A stretch of 20,000 nucleotides of DNA from Proteromonas lacertae (lineage: Eukaryota): positions 44,297 to 64,296 of the forward strand of contig NGBS01001205.1 of NCBI GenBank assembly GCA_002245135.1, read 5' to 3'. Under the pieces are notes generated by a model. That model saw nothing but the letters and a program-made list of their open reading frames with translations, searched no databases and had not been told where the DNA came from. Below, in pieces: positions 9,859-20,000 of the stretch. Each line of letters starts with the position of its first letter. The stretch's first letter is position 1. The translations under genes and the position numbers were made by a program.

Positions 9859-10104
9859 CTTTCCACACATCTAATAACAAATCTCACATTCTACTATTCA
9901 TCTTTACTAGTTTTCCACTCTTCCACCTCTTTCTTTCGGTACTACCGAATCGGTAGTAATGTATTGCTTTAAAATGTTATTCACTGAAGAGCGACTAACG
10001 TTGAACACTCTTGCAGCTTCCTCTGTTGATTTACTCTCTTCAATACAATATCTGACCATCATTTTTCTAATATTCACTTCTATGGCATTTCCTTTAGCTG
10101 GCAT
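9859..10104 (-). pseudogene. N-terminal HTH fragment of an IS630/Tc1-type transposase, interrupted by E2
   Basis: MPAKGNAIEVNIRKMMVRYCIEESKSTEEAARVFNVSRSSVNNILKQYITTDSVVPKERGGR: paired-like HTH followed by a GGR linker, then stops and frameshifts up to the E2 boundary. Confidence 0.8.
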
Positions 10105-10686
10105 CTATTTAAAAATATATATTATTGTTATACAAGCGCAAAAATAAAGATATGTTTTTATATTCAGCGATATTCTTATATACATCGATAGCAATCATTT
10201 ATACTGTAAACTACAAAATACAGGAGGTTTATAAACTTTGTAATAATGTCATTTACAGATAATAATTCTAGTTGATTGAATTTAGTAGATTTGGATTAAA
10301 ATATGGTGAAAATAGTAAATCATATTACTACTGTAGTAAATAATATTTTAGATTAACAAACTACTAAAATTATGATTATTATATATTCTTTTATAGAATA
10401 TTTTTTAAACAAAATTAAGTCTGATATGATTAACCAAACTCACTTGATACCAATATAAATCTATAAATGTTTAAGAAGAAATATGTACCCCAAAATAAAA
10501 AAGGGAAAAGAGAATAAATAAGTCTACTTCAGTGTTTTCCTAAGGCTTAAGCCTAGGAGAAAAAAAAGACAAAGGAATGGAGAGAAAGTAAAAGGACTTC
10601 CTTTGCTAAACTCAGTTGGAATAGTAAGTGGATCATCAACATAAAAAATAAGAATAAAACTTGAATTATAATAATTAATCTCATTT

Positions 10687-13373
10687 TCACTTTCTTCTCT
10701 TATGACCATTAGGTACAACTTCATAAACTGCCCATCTTCTATTATTATCTTGACCTGATGGTTTGCTTTCACTACATAAATTATCTACACAACCACACGA
10801 TTTTGATCTATCATCATTGCAAGGTCTTTCACATCCACCATTGTTCTTTGGACGATCTGGAGTACTTAATAACTTATTAAATACGAAACTATGACCATCA
10901 GAATATGCTTTAGCTATTCCAAAATATCGTTTATTCATTCGAATTGCATCACCTTTTGCTAATTCGAAATTTGCACCACTTGCTCCTCCTATATATTGTT
11001 TATCTTCACTAAATTCATTCTCATCTGTATAACAACCTACATATTTTACTCTCACATTATCTTCATCATTCTTTCGTCCATTATAAATCTTATAACTTTC
11101 ACTCACTTTCTTTTCTAATTGATTAGTGTGAATGAAATTTTCAGGTTTTTTCACTTTAAATATTCTCAATATCCAATGTTCACTGGTAAATGCTTCATCA
11201 AAATATCTTAATTTTATATTCTTTACACCAACTTCAGCTTGTCTAACCATATCATAACCAGCTGGTCTTGATGGATGAATTCGAACTTCACCAAATCTAT
11301 AATAACTCAATTTATACATCAAACAATTCTTCATTGTTTCAGAAGCACCAGCATCAATTCGATATTGACCATCAGCAAAGTAATTTGGTTCTTGAATCTC
11401 ATCAGGATATACACCACCACCTATTCGAACCATCCATAAGAATTTATTAACATCATCACTACTATAACCACTATAACCACCAAATACAACTAATACATAA
11501 TCTACATCTAAACTCAGAATGATTGGATATGCTTTATCTTCAGCTGAACTCATTGCTCTTCCTACTGTAGCTATGTGAGTATTATTCCAAGTATTATTAT
11601 CAACAATTACTGTTCGATTACCCATTCCTGCCATTTGATATCCATAATCCCACCAACTCATGAATTTAGCATTCGGATCAGTATTCATTCTCATCCAATA
11701 ATAAGCTTCTCGGAAATCATCTAAGATTACTCGACTTCCATCACTTCTACGACTGGCTAATACAATTGAAGGAGAACTGTAAGCTTCTGCTGCTACATAT
11801 ACTGCATGAAATCCATATAATACCATAAAGAATGCCATTGTACCTATCACAGTTGTAGCTACTAATGTTGAACTATTTTCTGAATTAGATATTGATCCAT
11901 CATTGTTATTGTTCTTTTTATCTTTTCTAGACATTGATTTATAAGTACTTTGTACATTGTATTTGATTATTGCTGAGAATTTTCTCAAAACTGCACTAAA
12001 TCCAATAGATGCTAAGATACAAGCAGCTGGAGCTAAAGTCAACATTAATCTAACCATCACACCTGCAAAATACCAAGATAATGTTCCATAGAGAATAAGG
12101 AAAATTGTACCATCACTCACTTCATCAAATAGTAAATACAGACCTAATGGAGCTACAGGAACTAAAATATGTAAATCAAAGAAGAAACTAGACCAAGTGG
12201 TTGGTTGATGTTCTGATACTGAAGCAATAATTGGAATATATTTCTTTGCATAAGTTGGATCTAATAATGTTAAACTACGACCAGTCCATTGAGTTCGACC
12301 TGTTAATTGTAAGAATATTAAACCACCTCCTACAAATCCAATTATTATTAAGAATACTAATCTTACTAAAGTATTGAATAATTTATCTGTTAATTTCTCT
12401 TTTAATGTTAAAGTAAACATATATACTATATATATATATTATATTATTATATTCATTATATATATACATTGTAATAAGATGAAAATACCATGAGAAGCAG
12501 CACATTCAGCTTGTTGAATTACATTAAATCCAACAAATGGTACTTGCATTGCCAATAATGATCCTAATACATAAAATACACTGTATGCAGTGTATAATCT
12601 ATTACCACATCTACCTGCTAATATCATTACTAATACATATATTGGTATAATATTAATAATGAATATATAACCACCCCAAGATGCTACCATATAGAAGTAA
12701 GATAATGCACACATTGCACTCCATATTAAACTACCTGTATTTACAGCTTTAACCCATAAATAGAAGCAGAATATCAATGCAAAGATAGCTACACCTTCAT
12801 TATCATAACTACCTCCTACTGATCTTGAGATATAAGATGGAACAATGGCAATAAATGCTGCTCCTAATAATGCAGTGTTTGATCTGGTTGTTGCTTCTTT
12901 GATTAATAGGTATGTTGCAATGGCACAGTTTGATGCGAATATTGGAGCTAAAAACACACACATGTTTCTCACGTTGATTGAAATGTTGATGAAATTGAGA
13001 AGATAATGCATTACAGCTGCTGTTGCCATTAATCCAGGGTAAATAGTACCTCCTACAACACGTCCTAATGGATACCAACTACGATTGTCAAACCAATTTA
13101 AGAATTCAAAGAATCCTCCAAAAGTCAAAAATTTGGTTGTTCTGTAGTTGAAATAAGGATCATATTCATGGATAACCTATAGAATGACAAATATTATAGA
13201 GTGTAACATACACTTTCCCATCTAACAACAGCAAATAATCTAACTGCAAAAGCGATGATACAGATGAGTCCAAGAATGAAATATTCAAAAAATGAAACGA
13301 ATCCTGTCTGCACTGTCTCAACTAAAGAGTCATCACTTGATTTTTCTTCTGCTTTCTTCGTTTTACTCTGCAT
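10687..13373 (-). CDS. STT3: Oligosaccharyltransferase catalytic subunit STT3 with C-terminal WSC-like extension (~869 aa, 3 exons)
   Basis: Exons 13373-13212, 13176-12468, 12425-10687 (GT..AG introns of 35 and 42 nt). Motifs VIHEYDPYFNY, SYDNE, SVSEHQPT, WWDYG, DNNTWNNTH, DVNKFLWMVRI. Confidence 0.97.
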
Positions 13374-13502
13374 AGTCGACTATAAAAAGATAATATGATA
13401 GTAAAATGCAAAAAAAGAATTTTATAAGTGATAATAAAGCATATATACTCAAAAAATGAAAAATGGACGAAAAAATCAGAAAATTGCATTTATTCACTTA
13501 TA
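13374..13502. promoter_or_regulatory. Probable bidirectional promoter for STT3 and TRM8
   Basis: Only 129 bp separate the two divergent ATGs. Confidence 0.6.
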
Positions 13503-14388
13503 ATGAATAATTCAGATGAATCAGAGTCACAAAAGCGCAAATATACAGTATTTACATTATCATTGTTCGATCTATGGTGTATATATAGGAAGATATAGGC
13601 ATTCACGGAAGGCCAATGAAGAAATTCTATCGTCAAAGAGCCCATTGCAATCCATTATCACATAATGACGCATTTGAATAGTATAAGATATATTTTTATA
13701 TCTTAGTCCTGTTAATCCAAAAGAAATGAGATGGAACGAGTTTTATCCAAACATACCAGGTATTTGTAATAATTTTAGTGATATAGATGCTGGAGATAAA
13801 ATCACAATTCTTGATATAGGTTGTGGATTTGGTGGTTTGTTAGTCACTTTAGCTCCTGAGTTTCCAGAAACATGCATATTAGGTTTAGAAATAAGACACA
13901 AAGTGACTGAATATGTTCACGATAGAATAGATAATCTCAGAGACACAAATAAAGAATCAAATATGTATCAAAACATATCAGTCATCAAAACAAATGCTAT
14001 GAAATACTTGCCAAACTATATAAATAAAAATCAATTAGAAAAAATATTCATTTGCTTTGCTGATCCTCATTTTAAAGAGAATAATCATAGAAGAAGAATA
14101 GTAAGTCCTGTTTTACTAACAGAGTATTCTTATTTCCTAAAACCACACGGTAGAATATATACAATCACTGATGTTAAAGATTTGAATGATTGGTATATCG
14201 AACATGGAACTAAGCACCCTAATTTTAGAATTGTTCCAGAATCTGAGCATTCTTCAGATAAATGTGTTAAGTTGATGATGAATTCTACGGAGGAAGGTAA
14301 GAAGGTTGAAAGAAATAAAGGAAGTAAATATGTAACAGTTTTTGAAAGATTAAGTGATGAAGATATTCCTTGTTCGTTTTTGTCATAA
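13503..14388 (+). CDS. TRM8: tRNA (guanine-N7)-methyltransferase TRM8/METTL1 (~272 aa, 3 exons)
   Basis: Exons 13503-13547, 13589-13680, 13707-14388 (introns of 41 and 26 nt). Motifs KFYRQRAHCNPLS, DIGCGFGGLL, LGLEIR, NAMKYLPN, DPHFK..HRRRI, ITDV, STEEGKKV. Confidence 0.96.
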
Positions 14389-14479
14389 TAAATTATTATA
14401 ACTATTTATATGCTTGTTATATATATATATTTGCAGTAATACATTATATATAAATAAATAAAGAAAATTAATGATTAAT

Positions 14480-15385
14480 TTACAAAATACTATCACCATC
14501 ATTGTTCTTTCCTCTAAGAATGTATAGAAATGATATTATATTATATATATACCTCATTTCTTCATATTTATTCTTCATCTCAATCAGATTATTCTTCTTT
14601 TCCATCAACTTAAAATGAAGATCAGCTAATTCTTGACCATTAGTCTCACTGGATTGAGCTATGGATGCTTCCAATGCCCTTATAGTCTCTAAATGACGTG
14701 TAACAATATCATCTCTCTTATTCAACTCTTCTTCTTCCTTTGAAATATCATTTTCTAATACTTTCTGTAATCTATTGATAATTTCTTCTTGATTTGTTAT
14801 TGTTTCTTGATACTTAGGTATATTTTTAACTTGTTCCTGTTTCTTTAGTATTTTTGGCTTTTGTTCTTTTATAATTCTCATTAAATCTTCCTCATTTCTC
14901 ATTCCACTGTCATTCTTTTTTATTAATTCCTCTAATTCATGTATTTTCTCTTCTAAAGCTTTATTTCTTTCACATTCAGAAATATATTTTTGTGTTATAA
15001 TTAGGCTTCTTCTTATTAAATCTTCTTTTCCTATATCTTTATAAGGTTCGTAATTAAAATTATCAAAAATGTAACTATATTTCTTTATCTCCATATTATA
15101 ATCCTATTTATATATTACCATCATGTTAATATATTTTATATACATCGATTTGCTGTTTCAACTTTTGAATTGTTCTTTGCAGATCTAAAAGGTCATTTTT
15201 TAATTTTTCTGATCCTATAGGTGTTGATTTAATAGGTGTCACTGTGTGTGTAGTAGCAGCTGTTGTTTGAGTAGTTGCTGTTGATGGAGGTGAATAAATG
15301 GCTTCAATTTCTTCTCTTGTGACTGCTATAGTCTAACTTTATATAAATATATTCACAATACTATCTCTTCTCTATTATTACTCAT
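14480..15385 (-). CDS. Coiled-coil protein of unknown function (~265 aa, probably 4 exons)
   Basis: Exons 15385-15362, 15332-15144, 15103-14553, 14513-14480. GTAT..TAG introns of 29, 40 and 39 nt keep the frame (the last is in-frame and less certain). E/K/Q-rich heptads with a T/P-rich N-terminal stretch. Confidence 0.72.
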
Positions 15386-15443
15386 TTTAGAAAGGTTTTT
15401 ATTACCAAGCTTGGGCTTGAATTTGAATATTTTTAAAAACGGA

Positions 15444-15702
15444 ATGAAAGTATATATAGTATTTATATTACTTTTAAAATTTATATTGTGTATAAACTCA
15501 CTAACATAATATTGTAGGTGATGATGTAACTATATGTGGTGAAGGATATGAGTGTTCTGGATGGAGTGCTTCTTCAGTACTTGCTGTATTAAAAATATAT
15601 GATTTATAATAATAGTTTCAGGTGATTTTGAGTATTATACTAGTAATTCTCATAATTTCTTCTTGTGGTATTTATGTGAAATATAAAAATGATCAAAAGT
15701 AA
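15444..15702 (+). CDS. Putative 66-aa single-pass membrane microprotein (3 exons)
   Basis: Exons 15444-15489, 15518-15585, 15616-15702; introns of 28 and 30 nt (GTAT..TAG). Product MKVYIVFILLLKFILCDDVTICGEGYECSGWSASSVLAFQVILSIILVILIISSCGIYVKYKNDQK. Confidence 0.68.
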
Positions 15703-15927
15703 TGAAATAATTGTTTATTTACTAATAATATTATTTAAATTAATATGAATTGGATTTTTTATTAAACAACTCTTTTAGTGTATTGTTTTATGCTTTTTGT
15801 ATTGGTTGAATTATGTATTAGTGAAATCAAAATATAACATTGAGTATAATTTTATATATCTATATATAAATGCAAAAGATTAAAAATTTCAAAAATATAA
15901 CCGTTTCATAATTATAAAATTTAAAAA

Positions 15928-17257
15928 ATGTCACTAAGTGAACAGAAGATTCAAGAATTGTATAATTTATCAATTTATTAGCATAATAGGAATAAAGCTA
16001 TATTAGTGTATCTATCAGAGAATACAAATTTCGCTAAAAGTGCAGAGATGTTTCAAATAGAAGCAGGATTAACTTCAGTTAATGCTCATGAGGTATTTTG
16101 AAGGATGGTAATACATTAATGAAGAAGTGGAATGCAATAGTAAGATTACAAGGACAAATACAATCTTTGAATAATCAAATAAAGCAACTGAAAGAGGAAG
16201 GTGCTACAAATGTGTCTATTGGAGAAAATAAATCATCTTTAATTAATCAAGGATTAATTCCACAAAATCCAAAAACAACATTGGTTGGACATGTTGGATC
16301 AGTAAACTGTCTATCAATGCATCCTACTTATAATCATTTATGTTCAGGAGGGTGAGGATGGTGTAATTAGAATATGGGATTATACTTTATATGAATTAAT
16401 AAAGACATTAAAAGGACATACGGATGTAATTAATGATGTATGTTATAATACAGATGGAACAAATCTAGCAAGCTGTTCAAACGACACAAACAATTAAGAT
16501 ATGGGATATAAGTAGTTATACATGCATAAAAACTCTAAAAAGTCATGATCATAGTGTAAGTGCAGTAATACTAAGAAATGATAGATTATATAGTTGTTCA
16601 AGAGATAAAACAATAAGAGTATGGAAACAGTGTTGGTAAATGTATAAATTCAACAGAGTGTAAAGAATGGGTTAGAGATGTATATATTATATGATGTTAT
16701 TATATTGTATATAGATTGACGTTAATGTTGATGAGAGTATATTAGCTGGATGTTGTGATGATCATAATATATATATATATAATATAAAAGATGGACATGA
16801 ACTGAATAAAACTATGACGTTATATGGTCATGAGCAAAATATAGAAAGTGTTTGTTTTTCTAACCAAAAGAGTGAGCAAATGTTATTAGTTGGAATAAAT
16901 GAAAATAGTGATAATAAGATGAAATATAGCCCAAGTAATATCCCAATGTTTTTATTTTCATGTAGTAGAGATAAAAGTATTCGAGTTTGGTGCTTAATAA
17001 ATGGAGCTTGTATTTATAATTTAAGAGATCATGGAAGTTGGGTTAGAGAGGTGTCAATCCATCCAAATGGAAGATATTTGTATTCAATCAGTGAGGATAA
17101 ATCAATAAAAATCTGGGATTTAATGAATGGAAGTTTAAAACGAACAATTTCTAATGCTCATACTAATTTTGGGATTTGTATGGAATTTAATAAAAGTGGT
17201 CGAGTATTAGCGAGTGGAGGTGTTGATGAAAAGATCAATATATGGTTGTGTAGTTAG
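15928..17257 (+). CDS. LIS1: LIS1/PAC1/NudF dynein regulator (LisH, coiled coil, WD40), with four apparent 1-nt frameshifts
   Basis: [19 protein letters not shown] (LisH), [18 protein letters not shown], and WD40 repeats ([33 protein letters not shown]). Introns 15960-15989 and 16680-16714. Frame breaks at ~16097, ~16351, ~16489 and ~16626. Confidence 0.88.
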
Positions 17258-17619
17258 ATGAGTTATATTCATACATTTTTACTTCACTTGTTGATTTTAT
17301 ATATATGATAAAAATACTACTTTTGTATCTATATTTTAAAAAAGGTATAAGGGATGGTGTATAATGAAATATGATAAAATGTAATTATGAGAATAATTAC
17401 ATGTAAATTACCTTAATGAGGCTTAAATGAATCGACATACTTTCTTTATCAAAATATCGATACAAGAGAATAAAAAGGTTAATATAACAATAAAAACATT
17501 TTTTAAAAGAGAAGGAGAATAATTTTATAATATAAGTGTATAAAATGTATCTATCACCCAATTAGAAAGCCATGTTGAAATTGTTAAACTTGTATCATTT
17601 AATAATCTCAAACAATATA

Positions 17620-18177
17620 TCAGTTATTGTTATTGATAGTAGTAGTATTTGTAGAAGTTACTAATTCGCGTTCTTTACTTACTAACAATATCCAAGCTGG
17701 AACAACTGAACCGTCTATCATATATCTGTCAATTAAGAAATGAAATTTTGCATATGCCAATGAATGTATGTCATTTGGAATAATAAATAATTCATACTCA
17801 TCATCATAATCCAAATAACCAACCAGATGTGTAGTTATAAATATAGAAAGTATAACTTTTAATTTATTCTTATTATGATATTGTGGAATATATAGTTTAA
17901 TCAAATTAACTTTTGTCAACATCAAAGTATCTAATATTTGAATGAAATCAGAATCAGATAATGCTTTATCTATTGGTATTGTTATATCTGTACTGAAACG
18001 AAGATAATCAATAAAATTAGGTCCAGAAACACTAATGAATAATGCATCTGTAAGAAATCTATTATTTCTTGTTATTTTAACTGGTAAAGTGTATTTTGAA
18101 TTTAAATTCGTTATTAGAATTGATAATAGATATATCATTTTGGTGTGTAATATTAATAACTGTAGATGAATAATCAT
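17620..18177 (-). CDS. SPOC-like domain, probably the C-terminus of a long S/N/D-rich protein extending toward or beyond 20000
   Basis: RFLTDALFISVSG..DYL..TIPIDKAL..VNLIKLYIP..ILSIF..LVGYL..ELFIIP..WILLV follows the motif order of DIDO1/PHF3/Bye1-type SPOC domains (by-eye comparison). Upstream low-complexity ORFs 18377..18919 and 19050..19337 are on the same strand. Confidence 0.6.
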   Translation of the reverse strand: MIIHLQLLILHTKMIYLLSILITNLNSKYTLPVKITRNNRFLTDALFISVSGPNFIDYLRFSTDITIPIDKALSDSDFIQILDTLMLTKVNLIKLYIPQYHNKNKLKVILSIFITTHLVGYLDYDDEYELFIIPNDIHSLAYAKFHFLIDRYMIDGSVVPAWILLVSKERELVTSTNTTTINNNN

Positions 18178-18399
18178 TGGATGAACTACATAAATGGTTC
18201 TGAGTTTGAATTTTATTATTGTTCATATTATCATCATCATTACAATTAATATTGTTAGTATTAATAATATTTTTGTATTTATTTAATAGATTTTTTAAAA
18301 TAAGTTTGTTACTTTTGGTAATTGTATTTGTTGTATATGATGAGATGATGAAATAGTTTAAAACTATTAATATCTTTTAGGTTGTCATTTGTTGGTAAT

Positions 18400-19920
18400 A
18401 ATGATCTGGTGATGATGATGAATGAGATGATGTTGTATTACTATTATCATTATTATCTACTAGATTCTCATTTTCACATTCTCTATCCATTTCTTTATTA
18501 GAATTATTTTCAACAGATGATGTTCTTTCCTTGTCAATACTATCAGCAGAATTTGATAATTCATTATTTGTTTCAACTGTAGTATTGTTATTACCAATAT
18601 TATTATCATCATCTGGTATAGTTAATAATACATGCAATTGTGGTGATAAATGAGTTGATATTGTATTACTATTATTATCTACTGGATTCTCATTTTCATA
18701 ATCTTCTTCAATGTCATTATCAGAGTTATCATCTGAAGAATTTGATAAGGATGATAATGCATCATCAAAATCACTTCCAGAAGATGACATGTTATTTGTA
18801 ATATATGATGAAGATTTGTTTTTTGATTTAGATCTTAAATTATATTTATGAGAATTTGAATTGATATTTGAGTGTTTTCTAACTCTTTGGTTGATTATTT
18901 GGTTCATAATCATCATCACTATCAGAATCTATATATATTATATAATAACAATTAAGTATACATTTCTCTAATTTTCTTTGTAAGATTTAGAGTTTGTTGG
19001 TGAATGTGTTATTGTTGATTTTGGATCCTTAGAAGCAGAAAGAGTATAATTAAGACAATCTATTTATACTATAATAATATCCAATTATACATCTACTTCT
19101 AGTTTTTTTTGATTTTGTTACAGATTTTATTAAAACTATTGACGATAATTGTGGGATCTCAGTATGTGAATTATCATTATTAATATTCTCATTTGATGGT
19201 GATGATGAATGAGATGATGTTGTATTAATATCATCATTATTATCTAATAGATTCTCATTTTCACATTCTCTTTCCATTTCATTTTCAGAATTACATTCTA
19301 CAGAAAATGGTACAGATGATGTTGTATCATTCATCATACTATTGACATTTACATAATTATTTGTTTCAACAGTGTTAGTATTGTTACTGATATTATTCTC
19401 CTCATTTGTTTGTAATAATGAATGTGGTAATGATGAATGGAATTGATGAATGAGATGAAGTTGTATTGCTATAATTGTCTCTATAATCTAATAAATCTTC
19501 ATTATCACAACGTCTCTCATCTTCTGAAGAAGATAATATGGATGATAATGATTCATTGTCGCTACTATCAGCAAAAGATGATAATTCATCATCGAAATCT
19601 CTTCTGTTAATTGCAATTTCTGGATAAGATATATTTCTTCGCTTAGATTGTAAATTATTATTATGAGAATATGAATTGATATTTGACTGTGTTGTTAATC
19701 TTTCTGAATGATTATTTAGCTCATATCATCATCACTATCAGAATCTACATATATTATATAATAACAATTAGTATACATTTCTCTATATTTTGAGTAGTAG
19801 ATATTGAACTAGTATTATTTGAGTCATTATTAGTACATTGCATTGATTTCGCTAAGGATTTTTTAAAGTTTATAGAATGAATAAACAATGATTGTGGAAT
19901 TTCAGTATGGTTTTTCTTTA
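18400..19920 (-). repeat. Diverged ~800-bp tandem duplication inside a low-complexity coding region, including a duplicated intron
   Basis: EM[DE]RECENENL[VL]DNN..NTTSSHSSS at ~18410-18490 and ~19198-19280. Near-identical introns at 18929-18961 and 19745-19776, each followed by SDSDDD. HTEIPQ at ~19150-19167 and ~19893-19910. Confidence 0.85.
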
Positions 19921-20000
19921 AACAGATATAATGATAAAATAATTCTTCACTATTATTCATAGAATAGTAATAAATGAATATACTCACTGTGATTTATAAA

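Noticed and set aside
9775..10147. Plus-strand ORFs 9775..9972 and 9959..10147
   Set aside because: They cover the E2 arm and the antisense strand of the transposase fragment.
10195..10208. TA-CAGT on the minus strand as the left Tc1 terminal repeat
   Set aside because: Too short, and no matching opposite repeat was found in the window.
1347..15420. GGCTTGA at 1347 and 15414, matching the foldback core heptamer, as a general promoter motif
   Set aside because: Two independent 7-mer hits in 20 kb cannot be distinguished from chance.
16093..16103. 11-nt GT..AG micro-intron that would repair the first LIS1 frame break
   Set aside because: Far shorter than every other intron here; a 1-nt indel is simpler.

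Overview
A very AT-rich eukaryotic (protist) window with two sharply different halves. Tiny 26-42 nt GTAT..YAG introns and the gene content suggest a Blastocystis-like stramenopile (inference). Left half (1-10.1 kb) is an intronless glycan-modification island: a GT-A glycosyltransferase, a GT10 alpha-1,3-fucosyltransferase, a GT23-like alpha-1,6-fucosyltransferase, two bacterial-type OafA (acyltransferase-3 + SGNH) O-acetyltransferases and a relic of a third. It holds two related ~630-bp foldback palindromes (1676-2305, 9222-9858) and a remnant end (5052-5148). All have TG..CA ends with a 17-bp subterminal repeat and no detectable target-site duplication, and the two full copies share an asymmetric core. 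Each sits just 5' of a glycan gene. Complementary N- and C-terminal pieces of an IS630/Tc1-type transposase lie at 9859-10104 and 809-1267. Right half (10.6-20 kb) is compact, intron-containing housekeeping DNA: STT3 with a C-terminal WSC-like domain, TRM8/METTL1, a coiled-coil gene, a hidden 66-aa membrane microprotein, a frameshifted LIS1, and a SPOC-like gene with an ~800-bp internal duplication.
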